In this document: one piece after another, positions 24,433 to 38,800 of the stretch
How the letters are laid out: every line of letters begins with the position of its first letter
How positions within the stretch are numbered: the stretch's first letter is position 1
Assembly (NCBI GenBank): GCA_016748015.1
Contig: JAAOMT010000439.1
Location: forward strand, 703,527 to 767,526
Length of the DNA: 64,000 nucleotides
Direction: 5' to 3'
Source: Geosiphon pyriformis uo1
Lineage: Eukaryota > Fungi > Glomeromycota
Program-made: the position numbers and the translations under genes
Notes under the pieces: generated by a model
Told to the model about the DNA's origin: nothing
What the model saw: only the letters and a program-made list of their open reading frames with translations
Database searches by the model: none

Positions 24433-26856
24433 GTAGAAAACAGGAAAACGTTCAAGTACACGTATTTTTAAATCATGATTCCTTTTTTTATCTCCTTATT
24501 TAGATTTTATGGCGTTTTAGAAACAAATTTTAGGTTTGGAAACAATCACAGGAAATGGAATTGATAATTAGAAGAAGCTGATGATACAAAAAGAAAAAAA
24601 GGAAAAAAAAGTGTTTTTTCTTGGTGATCAATGATTAAATTCTTTTTTTACCAGTTAAAAAAAAAATAAAAAACTTTTTTCAAATTCTCCATTCTTCAAT
24701 TGAGTAACACTGGTAACAGTCCAAAAGACAAATTCTTCGCGATATCCTTTATCTTAAGTATGAATGTGATAATACAATTGTTCTCTATCACCCAATCAAT
24801 GTAGTAAATGATGTTTCATTCAATCAATTCCATTTCATTCCATTCTATTCTATTTCATTCCATTCTATTCTATTTCATTCCATTCTATTCTATTTCTATT
24901 TCTATTTCTATTTCTATTTTTATTTCTATTCTATTCCATTTTATAAACTAAAATAAATACTTTTTTGCATTTTATCGTGTACATGATTGATAGTCACAAA
25001 ATTTAACACAACCTGCTAAACCAAGAAAAGAAGTTCGTAAAAGAACAATGCACCCCAACATTTTATTTAGACACGCTGGGTTGCTGGCTGGTTTAGCTGG
25101 CTGGCTGGCTGGCTGGCTGACAAACTGGTACCTCCTAACTTTTTCATCGTAAGAAAAGAGATAAATAATTAATTATCCAATCAATTTAATAAAAAAATCT
25201 TTCGAATCTTGACCTAAAAAAGTCTATCAAGAATGGGAAGTTATCTCAAATGAAAAAAAAATAAAATAGAAAAAAAATAAAATAAAAATGTAAGAATTCT
25301 TTGTTTCCCGTTTTGAGACTAACTACCCTATTAATTATATATGTATAATTGGCATATAATCTATGTATGTTTTGCACGCATGCATGAAAAAGTCATGGAA
25401 AATAGAAGAAGAAGAAGAGGGTAAAGAATGAGAGAAACCTCTATTACTGTCTTTTTATCTCCTACCTACCTACCAACCAACCAGTCAGTCAGTCAGTCAG
25501 TCAATCAGTCAGCCTACCCACTTACTTTTACTTATAACCACTTACTTATATATGCTTATATACTTACTCCTATACACACACACACACACACACACACTTA
25601 CTACTAACCAAAAGAACAATCAAACAAAAACAATGGTTACATCATTTTCCGTAGTACCAATAAAAGAATTGCTTTTAATAGTTAGTTAACGAATTGTGAT
25701 ATTATGAAAATCATTTATAATTTTTTTTTATGGGTGAGAATTTTTTTATTACCCAACAATTTTTTTCGCGCAAAAATTCCTTTTTTTATATCAGTTATAA
25801 TCATAATAATAAAAATAAAAATAATGATCATAATCATAATAAAAGAATCTCTTTATGTTAACGCGTAAATTGTAAAAGGGAGAGAAATAGAACAATGGAC
25901 ATTTTCATTAAAAAAAAAAAAACTTTTTTCCTCCATTTTTTATTATTTTTTTTTTTTTGCAATTTTTGAAAATAAAATAAAAAACAAATATGAAAATCAA
26001 ATTATGGTCCAAAAGGGAATTCATGACGAGAATGTTTTTAATCTTGATTTCCCAAATGTGAATTAATGATCGAAAAAAATATATATTTATGATTTCTTGA
26101 AAATAAAATTTTTACATATTTACTCGGCTATGATGATGATGATGTTGTTATTTACCTACAACTACAACTACGACTATCTACTAGTATTAATATTAATATT
26201 ATTATTATTATAAGTACTTTACTATAAAAACAACTGTATAACTACTAATATGAACAGCTAAAAAAACGTACTATTACAACTATACAGAACAATTTGTAAT
26301 ACTACAAGGGTGATACAACAAAAAAAGCTACTAATACTAATAATGCTAATACTTATTTACTTTTGGTTAAACAGTCTTAAAAAAGAGGTCGTGAACAATT
26401 TTTAATAAATCAATAATAAAAAGGAAAATCAAAAAAGTTCTATACACATATTTACTACTAATAAAACTAGGACTGATAACCACCCCCGCCCAAATGTGCA
26501 AAGACTCGTCAACCATCCAACTGTCAAACCAACCAACCAACCAACCAACCAACTAACCAACCAACCAGCTAGGAAAGCAAACAGACAATCAATCATGCAC
26601 CAAATATTTGCATGCAGATACGAAAGGAGAACAATAGCGCCAGTCTTGACAATTCTCTGATTCATTTTCAGTGAATTGAAAGAATATTTTGGCTATTACT
26701 ATTGTTGCCTCATTCTTGATTCCTCATCTTATTAATGCATGCCTTGCTTTGACGGGAGTCGAGATGGAATTTTGAGTTTGACGTGGAAAAAAAAACAATT
26801 TTTCCAAACATCAACCAGCCAACCAACCAACCGATCAACTAACCATAATTAATAAA

Positions 26857-28938
26857 CTAACTTTGAGCGTTCACAAAAGTATTCCGAAAAATTCCGCGAA
26901 ATGATAATAATTTTGAAACGTTTGGTCGTGGTAATGACGATCTTCCTAATTGTGGCTTTGAAATGAATTGTATTTTTGGTGGCGATGAAGATGGCGATGC
27001 ATCCATTATCTGATCGTCATTTTTATTGTCATTATTATGATCGATCACCAATTCATTTTCATCGGCGTCAATATCATTAACCCCTTCTTGGTCAATCTCA
27101 TGTTCACGACCAATATCAGAACAAGGTGTACTAGGAGGTGAATATTCCGTTCCATTTTTTCCGATTGAAGAAGCGTGACATGCGGTAAACGACTGAATAA
27201 AGGTAGGACGATGACGTATTTTCAAGGAGGCAGTGGAGGCACGGCTACTTACGTTTTTCTTGTTGTTAACACGAGTATTTGCAGTTAATGTTGAATTTAA
27301 GGAGGCAGTGTTTGAATGAGAAGTTTCAGCTACGGTGGCTGTAGTTTCTGATAAAGAAACTTCTCCATCATCGTCATCGTCATCGTCATCATCATACAAA
27401 TCGGTATCGGAAGCTGCAATCTTGGACCTTGATGTGATCTCATTCATGATTCTGGGACCAAAATCAATTGACCAACGACGACGAGGTTTTAATCCAGAAT
27501 GAATTTTTAATTTTTCGTCATCGTTAGTTGTAATCGCAATAGGTTTCGATTTAGATGATGGTAATGAAGATGTGAGAGATTCAGATGAGCAATAATTCTT
27601 TCTTAATTTCTTTGGAAGACTACTTGTTCTTCTTAATGAACGATTTTTTTCAGTTGGAGGCGAAGTTGTTGTTGTTGTTGTTGTTAGGTTTTCTGGTTTT
27701 GTTTTCAGGGATAGTGGAGTAGTTTTCGTTGTTGTTGTTGTTGCTGTTGCTGTTTCTGTTGTGGTGATTGATGTGGTTGTTGTTTTTATTATTGTTTTTT
27801 TTGATTTATTAATCGTCGATGAATCAATTGTTAATGAGGATAATTTTGGTGAAGTTGAAGAAATTGGTAATCTTGACTGTGGTTTTTCCGAAACATCTTC
27901 AACCATTTTCGAAATGACCAATTTTTTCGAAGGAGAAAATCTCAAATTATTTCCAATTCCAATTCCATTTCCATCATTTCCATTACCATTACCATTCTTA
28001 TCATCATTTCTAATATTAATATTCCCATTCTTGGCGTGTTTACTTAAAATCACCGCTTCCAAAATTTGTATCCTTGTCAACGATTTTTGTTGATCATCAC
28101 CAGCTTGTCGTAAAGTTGTATTAATATTCTTGATAATTTCATCTTTTGATGCGATAATTAATTTCAAAGCTTGAATTGTTTGCTTTGAAGTTTCTAGTTC
28201 TCGTTCAAGTTTTTCGTTTTGTGTTGTTAAATAAGTTGCGGTTAATTCTAATCGTTCATATGAAGGTGGAGTAAAAGAGTCACGACTTGAACGATGATTT
28301 AGGAGTGGTGCACCTAAACGAGAAGCCGGTCGATCGAATGGGTCTTGGGGTGATTTCATGATATTGACGTTATTATTGTTGATATTATTTTTTTTGGTAA
28401 AAGAAAAATCATTAATATCTTCATCAATATCCGAATCAAATTCGTTATAATCTTCTTCCTCCTCCTCCTCCTCCTCCTCATCATCATCATTATTTATTAG
28501 TCGACCATGATTGTGAATAAAGTGGCGTGAGAGTAAGAAATTATAATTATTCACGCGCTTCTTGAAATCATCTTCACAAAGATTATCATCATCTTCGTCG
28601 TCATCGTCGTCGTCGTCATCCTCATCATTATTATCATTATCGTCATCAGCATCATCACCGCAATCATCTTCTTCATCCTCCTTCTCTTCTTCTTCTGATG
28701 ATGATGATGATGATGATGAATCTTTTAGTTTTTGTTGGACGTGATCTTGTGACGATTTTAAAGTTGGGTCTAATGGAACTCCATCATCATTATTATCAGC
28801 AGAGGTTGAAGAAGATAATGAAATGGAAGAACCAGTAGCTGAAGCAGTAGGAGTGGCGGTATTTGATGATCCTAACGGTGAATTACCGCGGCTTGCGTAT
28901 GTATATTTTTCGTGCATTGGAGAAGAAATTTGTATCAT
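26857..28938 (-). CDS. Hypothetical 693-aa low-complexity/disordered protein with a central coiled coil
   Basis: Uninterrupted 2.08-kb ORF with normal GC and CpG content in an AT-rich context. Poly-D/E/S/T tracts; heptad segment 'YERLELTATYLTTQNEKLERELETSKQTIQALKLIIASKDEIIKNIN'. No family recognised. Confidence 0.8.
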   Translation of the reverse strand: MIQISSPMHEKYTYASRGNSPLGSSNTATPTASATGSSISLSSSTSADNNDDGVPLDPTLKSSQDHVQQKLKDSSSSSSSSEEEEKEDEEDDCGDDADDDNDNNDEDDDDDDDDEDDDNLCEDDFKKRVNNYNFLLSRHFIHNHGRLINNDDDEEEEEEEEEDYNEFDSDIDEDINDFSFTKKNNINNNNVNIMKSPQDPFDRPASRLGAPLLNHRSSRDSFTPPSYERLELTATYLTTQNEKLERELETSKQTIQALKLIIASKDEIIKNINTTLRQAGDDQQKSLTRIQILEAVILSKHAKNGNINIRNDDKNGNGNGNDGNGIGIGNNLRFSPSKKLVISKMVEDVSEKPQSRLPISSTSPKLSSLTIDSSTINKSKKTIIKTTTTSITTTETATATTTTTKTTPLSLKTKPENLTTTTTTTSPPTEKNRSLRRTSSLPKKLRKNYCSSESLTSSLPSSKSKPIAITTNDDEKLKIHSGLKPRRRWSIDFGPRIMNEITSRSKIAASDTDLYDDDDDDDDDGEVSLSETTATVAETSHSNTASLNSTLTANTRVNNKKNVSSRASTASLKIRHRPTFIQSFTACHASSIGKNGTEYSPPSTPCSDIGREHEIDQEGVNDIDADENELVIDHNNDNKNDDQIMDASPSSSPPKIQFISKPQLGRSSLPRPNVSKLLSFRGIFRNTFVNAQS

Positions 28939-28977
28939 TATGGGTTTTTAGTTTGGTAGTGAAGTGTGTGAATAAAG

Positions 28978-29021
<44 letters not shown>

Positions 29022-29683
29022 TAAACGTTATTAAAAGAAAGAAAATGATTTTTAAAAGTTGTGGTGTTTTGGGATCCTGAGCAGTTTTGAAGTTGCGCTC
29101 GATTGAACATTAAAGATTGTTTTCTTTGATCAAAAAAATCTCGATACGTGTTTTTGATTTTTATTTTTCAAACAAATATTATTACAAGTTCCTAAACTTT
29201 TGATCACGTTTTAAAAAAAAAAAAATTGGGTTTTCTTGTTTTCTTGCGAGTTAGGTAGTAATGGTAATAGTAATATAGGTTACAAAATTTTTTGTGAGCG
29301 GGTGGTCAAAAAAGAAATTTATGTGGTTTTTTTTTTTCTTTTTTTTTTCAAAAAACGTGAAACGTTACTAATGATGAGAACTTGTAGTGGGTTGTTTTGT
29401 CGTTAAAAAAAAGGACACTCTTTGAAAAAAAAATCTAACATAAAACTGTTTGAATTGAAATGGCTTGTATTTATGTAACTTTCTTTTAACCCTTAAACCA
29501 AAATGGCTTTTTTTTTTTTTTGGGTCCTTAAAATACCCTACATGTTTGTTACTTTAAAATTGTAACCTCGTATATATTCCTATTAGGAAAGGATTACTTT
29601 AAAAAAAGTTTTAATTTATTCAAATATTTAGGGAATTTTGTGAAACGAGTTTCAAAGGTTTTTTTGGCTCAAATTCTTGGTAA

Positions 29684-29761
<78 letters not shown>

Positions 29762-30578
29762 TGTAGGTGTAGGTGTAGGTGTGTGTTGGCAAAGGAGGTG
29801 TTTATGATAATAAACTGTTAAAACAATCAAGAATCATCATCATGATCATCACAGTTTACACAATACATGTAACGAAGGGATTTGAACCAAGTTAACTGAT
29901 TCAAATAGAAAAAAAAGATGATTTTATTAACTGTTTAATATGTTTTTTTTTTTTTTTATTATTGTTTTAATAAAGTTTTTCAAAGAAATTGTGACGGGTT
30001 GTGATATAAAAGTTTCATGATCGAATTGGTCAGTGTAACAGTAGATCTTAGTTTAAATTTTTAAAAAAGTCTATAAAAATTTTGGTTGGTGAAAAAAGGT
30101 GAAAAAGACGAATCAGGCAAACCACTACTACAATCCAGAATCCTTTAAAGTTCGTAATAGATATACGGGAAAGGATCAGAATATCAATCGAGTTCGAATC
30201 ATTCATTACCCGTTAATTCATTAACTGTTTTTTTTTTTTCTTTTCTTTCGTTCGTTCGTTCGTTCGTTCGTTCGTTCGTTCGTTCGTTCGTTGACTTGAG
30301 AAGTCTCTGATAGATATATAGATAGACCAATAGAACAAATAAGTTAAGCTCATTTTTCCCCAAAAGTCAAATAGATAAAAAAAGTGTAAGAAACCCTGGT
30401 TTTTGAAACATTCCAAGGTTTTTTTTTTTAAAGTTCATGTTAATCAATCATCATCATCATCATCATCATCATCATAATCAATTCTATAATAATTTAGAAA
30501 TAACTCCGATAGAAAGTCCAAAAATCAAGATTTCAAGATTTCTTGAATTTGGGATTTTTTGATGAAAAAGTTTTTCTT

Positions 30579-30609
<31 letters not shown>

Positions 30610-31304
30610 GAAGATAAACTTTTTTGAACTTTTCTATTCACACACTTACTTACTTACTTACTTGCCCCGCTTGCTTGTTCGCTCGCTTGGATAACTACTA
30701 TATATCTACTGCGACTCTACCAAAAAATTTTCACATTTATCGGATAATAAACAGTGAGTGTCGGTTTGACAAGAAAAAGTCAAAAGAAGTAAAGTTTATT
30801 ATGCTTCACACGATGTTGATCTTTTTTTTTTCGTTGTTGTTGTTGAATTTGTCACCTGTCGTGATTTTAAATTTGTGCAGTAGGAAAAAAAATATATATA
30901 TACGATTGACAAAAAAAAAGAGAATGGACCAATTAGGATAAGCTTATTTTTCAAATAGCCATTAATCGACATTCGGGAATTAATGATTTGTATACTAGTT
31001 TAACCTGTTTCTTTCTTAATAAATGTCAAAATAAGTTTAAAAGAAATCATAGGTTTGTATAAAAAAGAAAGGGAACAGAATTTAGGAAAAAACTTGAAAG
31101 TTTCATAATAACTATAATTTCTTTTACATTATGAAAAATAGAGAAAAAGGGGGTAACATAGATTAGATTTTTAAAAATGATGGAATCTTTTTAAAGAAGA
31201 AAAAAACGATGATTTTTTTTATTAAAGTGAATGTACTTAAATGTATAGATTTGAAATTAATTTTCAAAAAATGCCATATGGAATGAAGAACCATATGCAT
31301 AATG

Positions 31305-31336
<32 letters not shown>

Positions 31337-31657
31337 CATCTGATGATTACGGAAAAAAAAATATATATATATATTTGAAAAAAATATTCTCACGCAAAAA
31401 AAGAAAGAAGAATCAGGTTTATTTTTTATTTTTTGTTCTATAATTTTCTCATGCACATTTTGTTTTCTATAAATTCTAAAAAATTTTGAGTTTTTTTTTT
31501 TTTTTTTTTAAATTTCTTTTTTCATCCCCAAATAGTGCAACATGAAATAAAATAACGTAACATGAAAAAATAACGTGTAACATGAAAATAACATGTAACA
31601 TAAAAATAACATGTAACATGCACAAAAATATTATATCTTTTTTACAAAGATATATAC

Positions 31658-31690
<33 letters not shown>

Positions 31691-33366
31691 AATCATAAAG
31701 TTTTATCCCTTGTTATTAGACGGAAAAATTTATAATTCACATTTACTTTTTTTTTTTACACCCAGTTTCCAAAAGCATATATTCTTCAAAAGACCTTTTT
31801 TCAAAAAAATTTTACCATATTTTTTAAAAAACCTTTATTATACATGTACTCAATCACGGTCATTTTTCTATCATGTAATTTTCTTTTATCATGCTCAAAT
31901 TAAAAAAAATTATTATTATTTTAAACCTATTAGAATCAATTATCAAATAAAAGAGAAAAGAAATTAAGAGAAATAAAATAAATAAATAAATAAATAAAGA
32001 TGCGTAATTTTCATCACTTTATTTTTACCTGATTTGGTATGGTAAGCCCAATATCACCACAAGGAAAAAAAGCTGGTCATTCCTCAAAAATGTTGTACTA
32101 CACTAAAAATGATTATTCTCTTATCATCACTCTAAAACTTTTTTAAACTCTGAACGAAACAAAATACCAGATTGTTCTTAAAAGAATAAAAATAATCAAA
32201 GAGTATCCTATTCTATCCTATTCTATTCTATTCTATTCTATTCTATTCTATTCTATTCTATTCTATTCTATCCTATTCTATCCTATCTCCTCTCCACCCA
32301 CTGGGATACTTACTTGGATTGGAATATTTGTCTCGCCCCCCCCCTCCCAATAACAACAACAACAATTTAGGCGGTATAAAATTCTACCATTGATATCATG
32401 CAGGCTCAGAAAATGTTCTGGAAAATGTTGAATCTATAAAAGAATTTACTCTATCGGTAATAAAAGTCAAAAAAAACCCCCCGATTGTGAAAACTTCAAT
32501 GAAATGATAAATCATAAATCATTAATCATAATATTTGGATATAGACAATCGAGTATTCTTGAATCAAGTTAATCATAGGAAAAAATATATCAATGGTATT
32601 GATAAAGCTTTTGCCAGGTAAGAATTCGGAGAATTGCACAAAATTGGGTGAACTGTTAAACCCATAAAGAATTTGGTAGAAAAAAAACATTTTTCAAAAC
32701 CAAATGTTTATTTAATGCAATTGCATCGATCTACTGCTTCCCTGTGAACTTAATTTTGTTCAAATTGGTAAAGCTTCCCAAATACTAAAAACATGTGGTC
32801 ATGATTGACAACCAGGAGATATGATATATAGTGTGGATACCTTGGAAACCTACCAGATTTCCTTAATGCTTCAAAATTTATATGAGATTTAATTAAGCTT
32901 TGGAATTTTGGTTTAGGTAATTCTTCAAGTTTTTGTTCCCTTTAAACACACGCTTTTTAATTTTCTAACTTTTCTTTCTTTCTTTCCTTTTAGTTATCTC
33001 AATTATCATCATCATCATCGAATTTGTCTAAATTCTATATCCATACGACATATGATCTACATAACCAAAAAAAAACATCAAATATGAATTTAACCATCTT
33101 TGGCATTAATGACAAGGATGATGGTTTTGAACCCTGAAATCATTATAATTTACAAAAACTTTTTTCAAAAGGATTTTCCGAAAAAAAAATTTTAACCCTT
33201 AAAAATCTTTTGACTATTTAACAAATTTCTTTGTCTTTAAAAATTTCCTCCGAATATCACTAATACTAATACTAATACTAATACAAATACTAATACTAAT
33301 ACTAATACTAATACTACACTACGTTATGATGATTTTCATTACATCATCATCATCATCATCATCATC

Positions 33367-33401
<35 letters not shown>

Positions 33402-34099
33402 CATTATAATCATCGATCATAATACAAAAAGATTAGATTAAAAGAAACAAATTTCAAACATTACTTTGTACAATCCTTAAAGGGTGAAATAGTTAATAAT
33501 AAACTTTTCTTTTTCATGAAAACCCTTGTTCAATTTACCAAAAAATATTTACATTTGTTATTCCCCCGATAAATAAGCGATTATACAAATAAATCTCGAA
33601 AAAAGATGTAAATATTAATTGTTTTTTATATTGAATATATATATATATATACATCAAAAGGATTTTTTTAAAAAAACTTTTTTATGTGGTATTTGAGTTT
33701 CGGACCTGTCATTTATTTATTTATTTATTTTTCTTCTTCCATATTTGACTTTTATTTTCTTCTCATAATAATTCTGATGTTGTTGTTATTGTTGTTATTG
33801 TTGTTGTTGCTAGAAAAAAAAATCAATATATATATATATATATATATCCAAAATTCTTTATAAATTTTCTAAATTTCCAATACAAATTTTTTGAATCGTG
33901 TAAACTTCTTTCCTCAAAGAGTAATCGTTTTTATTTTTATTTTTATTTTTATTTTTTTTTGGGAAAACATCTTTTGAATTACTGAAAATAAAAACTATTT
34001 GTCATCCAATTGATGTTTTTTTGTTAACCATGTTTCAGATCTGGTTCATGAGATCTGGTCTAATAAATTTTTTTTAATATTAGATCTTGAAAATATTAA

Positions 34100-34144
<45 letters not shown>

Positions 34145-34493
34145 GTAGTACGTATTAGCAAAGAAGTGAAATCTGATGATGGTCAAAATGTCTTTGGATA
34201 AAATTAATTGTGAAAGAAATATTTTTCGGATTCATTAATCGACACGCTTCACATCACATCAAATCTCATCGCAAATATAGAGAGTCTTAAAGCCTGTTTC
34301 TCAATTTTAAAGGAAATGAAGGTTTTTATTACCACACGAAAAATTATCAAACCTGATCGATCAATTGTAATGGACGTAAAATGTCTTATGCTTTTACAAA
34401 CTATCTCTTTTCCTTTACCCATCTTGATCACAGCTTCAAGATACAAAAATCTGTCACGACAACCCTCTTCGAATGGGTTTTAAGAAATATTAT

Positions 34494-34565
34494 TGGAGGA
34501 GCTGGGGATTGAACCCAGGACCTTTTGCATGCAAAGCAAACGTGCTACCACTGCACCACACCCCC
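34494..34565 (-). tRNA. tRNA-Ala (anticodon UGC), intronless
   Basis: GGGGGTG TG GTGC AGTGGTA GCAC G TTTGC TT-TGC-AT GCAAA AGGTC CTGGG TTCAATC CCCAG CTCCTCC A: complete cloverleaf with the G3:U70 alanine identity pair. Confidence 0.97.
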
Positions 34566-35095
34566 TTTTTACATATAGATTTTTACGCATTTTTTTTCAT
34601 TTCTCATATATAACCAAACATGTTAAATTCGCATGCTTGTGATATTTTTAAATTCCCACGATAAATCATATGAAATTTTTTAATTTTTTTTCCAAATTGT
34701 GAAATAAGTTAAAATTATATATACACAATGTCAATAAAAAATTAAACAATGTTTAAATGTTGGGATCAAATCATTGACATCGTTTTAAATAAATTCAAAT
34801 TGGATGGCCATCGAAATTATTTTTTTTTTAAAAAAAAAAAGTAAAACTTGAGTTACTCTCTACTTGAAATAATACGAGTTGATTTTTTCAAATATAAATA
34901 TTTTTAATAATTTAATTCATGATTGAATTAAGTAATTAAACTAAATAATATTAACTATATAATATATTAATAATTATTATATATTAAAATAATTTATTAT
35001 TTATTAATAACAGTTTTTATAGCCTTTTTGTTTTAACGTTATAATTTAAATAATTGAATAGTATAATTTTAAAAATACAAGATAAAAAAATATAA

Positions 35096-35128
<33 letters not shown>

Positions 35129-36706
35129 GAAAATTTAAAATATTTAATGAATTATTGCTATTATTTTTAAAACTATATTATTTAATATATATATACTTAA
35201 AATAAGTTAATAATACATTTATTAAAATATAATATATAATAATAATAATTTTTACCTTGTTTTTTTTTGTTTTATATTTTAAATTAATACTATATATATT
35301 GAATATTTTTTTATTGGTTTTAATTATTTTTACCAAATATTTTTTAAGTAATTTATATTGTAAATTACAATAATTTTAAAAAAAAACTAAATAAAAATTT
35401 TTTTTTCTATTTTTTCTACTTCTCATAATTTAAATTTAAATATTAAATTATAATTTGAATTATGTTTAAATAAAAGTTTTTTTTTATATTGTTTTTAAGA
35501 TTAATAATTAAATTTGTTTTATTATTGTTATTATTATTGTTATTATTATTATTAAAATTAATACTTTGAAAAATTTACAATTAATAAAAAAAGTTTTTAA
35601 TTGCAAACCTATTAAAATTTTTTATAAGTTTTTTATTATATTTGTTAATTTAATATTTTATGTTAAAGATATTATCTTTTTAATATTATATAATTTTGAA
35701 TTTTTTGATATTATTATTAATAAAATATATAAATCTAAATTTGAATTGTTAAAATTAAAGTTACAAATTTAATTTAATTTATTAAAACAAACTTTAATTA
35801 TAAATATTAATTTTTATTTTATTTTTTTAATTTAACTGTTAATTTGTTTAAAAACTTTAATTAATTTAAAAACAATTATAAAATTTATTTTTTAATTATT
35901 TATAATATAAATAATATATATTAATTATAATTTATTTTAATAAAATTTATACAAAATAATAAAATAAAATTTTATAAAAATGTTATAAATAAATAAATAT
36001 ATAAATATTTTTTATATGTAACAAGTAAGTTAAAATCAATTAAAAACACATTATATTAAAACTATAAAAGCAAACTTATTTAAAACAGTTATTTTATACA
36101 TATTTATAACAAAATTATTATTATTATTAAAAACCAAATTAATTAACTATATAATAATTTTATTAGTATTTAATTTAATATTAAAAATTTGTATTTTCAA
36201 AATATTATTATTTTAGCAAAATTTTTCTGATTAATAAAAAAATTTAGATTATTATTTAATATATTATTATCAATTATATTATTTATATATTATTTTATTT
36301 TAAAATTAACAATTTTTTGTTTAAATTATTAATGTTTTTTTTGGAAAATACTAATATTTTTTTATTTTAATATTTAAAAATAAAAAAATTAATAAATCAA
36401 TAAACTTAATAATAAACTTAATTAATAATATTATTTTAATCAATTTAAAACTAATTACAAAATTAATAATAATAACAATAACAAAATACAACTAAAATTA
36501 TTTTTTAATTAAAAAAAATTATAATATTATTTTTATTATTAAAATTAATAAGCAAATAAAAGCAAATAAAAGCAATTTTAACAATTTTAAAATACATAAA
36601 TATTATTTACAATAATTTTAAAAAAAAGTTATATAAAATAATAATAATAAAAACAAATAGTACAAAATTTTTGTAATTATAAAAATAAAATAAAATCAAT
36701 AAACTA

Positions 36707-36817
36707 TGTGGCTGGTCACGTGTAGATATTGCATGATTTACACCTAGTTTAGATTATTTGTATGATGTATTGCACTAGGCAGTGTTTGGACTTCGCTCGT
36801 TAAATGTTTAAAAAAAA
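36707..36817 (+). mobile_element. ~110-bp 5'-truncated LINE 3'-UTR insertion, CpGs intact
   Basis: Gapless match to the copy 2 3' UTR (72/97 identities by hand count, mostly transitions). A-tail follows. Candidate TSD AATAAACTA at 36698-36706 and 36818-36826. Confidence 0.85.
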
Positions 36818-38190
36818 AATAAACTAAACTTAATTAACAGTATTTTAAAAAATTTAAAATACAAATTTTATATAAAACAGCTTAATATTATTTTTAAAAA
36901 TTAATTTATATTGTTATAGTTAAAATTTACAATTTTTATTAGTTATTACATATATTAATTACTAATATTACATATATAGCTATCTTATTTTTAGATTGTA
37001 ATTATTAACTTGATCATTAATCTAATTATTAACCTAATTATTAATTTAATTATTAACTTGATTATTAATTTAATTAATAACTTGATTATTAATTTAATTA
37101 TTAACTACTTTTAATAATTATATAAATAATAAGTTCCTTATTTGTAAAAAAACATACTCAAAATAACAAAATAAAATCCACTATTAATTATTTTTCTTAT
37201 ATTACTTATTTATTTTTTCTTATTTTTAAATATTTGAACATCTTGAAATAAAAGATTACTTCTTAGTATTTACATACTTTATTTTTTCTCTTTCTTAATT
37301 TGTATTGTTAAAATTAATCTAAAAAATAATTGTTTGTTTTTGTGATTTATTAAATAAAAAAAACCAATTAAAAAACATAATAATATCTGTTATTAATTTT
37401 AAGAATTATTAAATAAAACATAAAATAATAGCAGTAGTATTATCTTATTAACAATCACAAACTATTTCTTTATTTTTAAATTTCTAAAAAAGATTAATAA
37501 CAGTAATTTTTATAAGATTGATTATACACATTGAATTTATATATATTTAATTTACTCTCTTATTATAATTTTTTTTTAATTATTTTTATTATCTTACAAT
37601 TTTGTTTTTTCTTGCTATTTATTAGTTTGTTACTTCAATCTGTAACATAAAAGTAATACTTTTTGTGAAGTTGTTAAAATTTATTTATTTTTTATTGTAT
37701 AGATAATTATTTATATTTGTTATAACAATTAGAAAAATACTTTATAGTATACAACAAAACCAATTTAAATTTTATTAAATTCAACTTTTTGTCTTTCTGT
37801 TTGATTTGTTTTCTTATTAAAAAACAATTTAGTAAACAATTTCAAGACTTTTAAAACTAGTTCTTAAATAAACATTTAGTTAAAATCTATATAGTATATA
37901 CAACTTAATTTTTTAATCAAACTTACTTTAAAGACTTTTTTAAAAAAAAAAACAATAATATTAATCAGTTTCTATATTTTACAAATTTTGAACAACAGTC
38001 CTCTAATTTCGAATATTTAAATTATTAAATTCATATCTGAATTGCTGTTTATTAATTAACTGAAATTTTTTTTAAATTAGAAAAAAAAAGCTATTAAACT
38101 ACTTATGTTTTTAATTTTTTTTCAAATAAATTAAATTTTTTTACATAAACAGTTATTTTTAAATTAATAACTGTTAATTTCATACAAGTA

Positions 38191-38800
38191 AACATTTTGG
38201 CTGTTCTTCAAAATATACAAACTGCTTTAGAGCAAAGAAATAATATCTTATTATTATTATTCAGAGATAATATCTAAAATCTAATTAAATAATTAAACAA
38301 TTTTAAAAAAACTGCTATTATCAATTAATATAATGCTAAATACAAATTCCAAATTATTAATGATTACTTTCAAGACTTTTTTGCTACTTGGTTTTTACAA
38401 AAAACCAATATTAATGTTTACCAAAAGATTATTAGATAGATATAAATTAATATTATAAAAAAAAATACTTTTTTTACTATTTAATTTAAAAACAAATTCA
38501 GAACTTTTATTTTTATTTTCAAATAATGTATAAAATTGGAAAAAAAAACTCAAGACTCTAGTAAAATAGTAATTAAATATATTAAAACAATAAGAAAACT
38601 CATTAAATAAATAAACTTTAAAAAAAATTAAACAAAAAAGCAGAAAATATTATTTTTTATAAAAAAATAGAAAACTGATTTATTTTATGATTTTTGGTTT
38701 CTTTTGGCTTTAAAAAATAATTTAACAATAAATATAGTCATTAAACTTGTATAAAAAATTAAAAATAGCCAATATATATATTTGAAATTCACTTTTTTAG
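38191..38800 (+). pseudogene. Hypermutated Ty3/Gypsy gag
   Basis: Reads NILAVLQNIQTALEQRNNILLLLFRDNI*NLIK*LNNFKKTAIIN*YNAKYKFQIINDYFQDFFATWF, then KKTQDSSKIVIKYIKTIRKLIK. De-mutated it gives FRGD.QDPIEWL.DFE.AA.AN...YLQ...ATWF and a Q..GE.V.EY major-homology-like motif. Confidence 0.7.

Larger units (their letters stand above)
20150..34145. repeat. Microsatellite-dense domain
   Basis: Many SSRs, including (AAT)n 20270-20385, (ATT)n 20993-21051, (TACGA)7(TATGA)8 22661-22735, (GATT)n ~23140, (CA)n ~25575, (GA)n 28981-29017, (GT)n 29690-29763, (TTCG)n 30247-30290, (TTCTA)n 32221-32270 and (TAATAC)n ~33261-33315. Confidence 0.9.

Noticed and set aside
36707-36810. Possible snRNA, snoRNA or ribozyme in the GC island
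   Set aside because: No U-snRNA motif or hammerhead core (CUGANGA/GAAA) seen; better explained as a LINE 3' UTR fragment.
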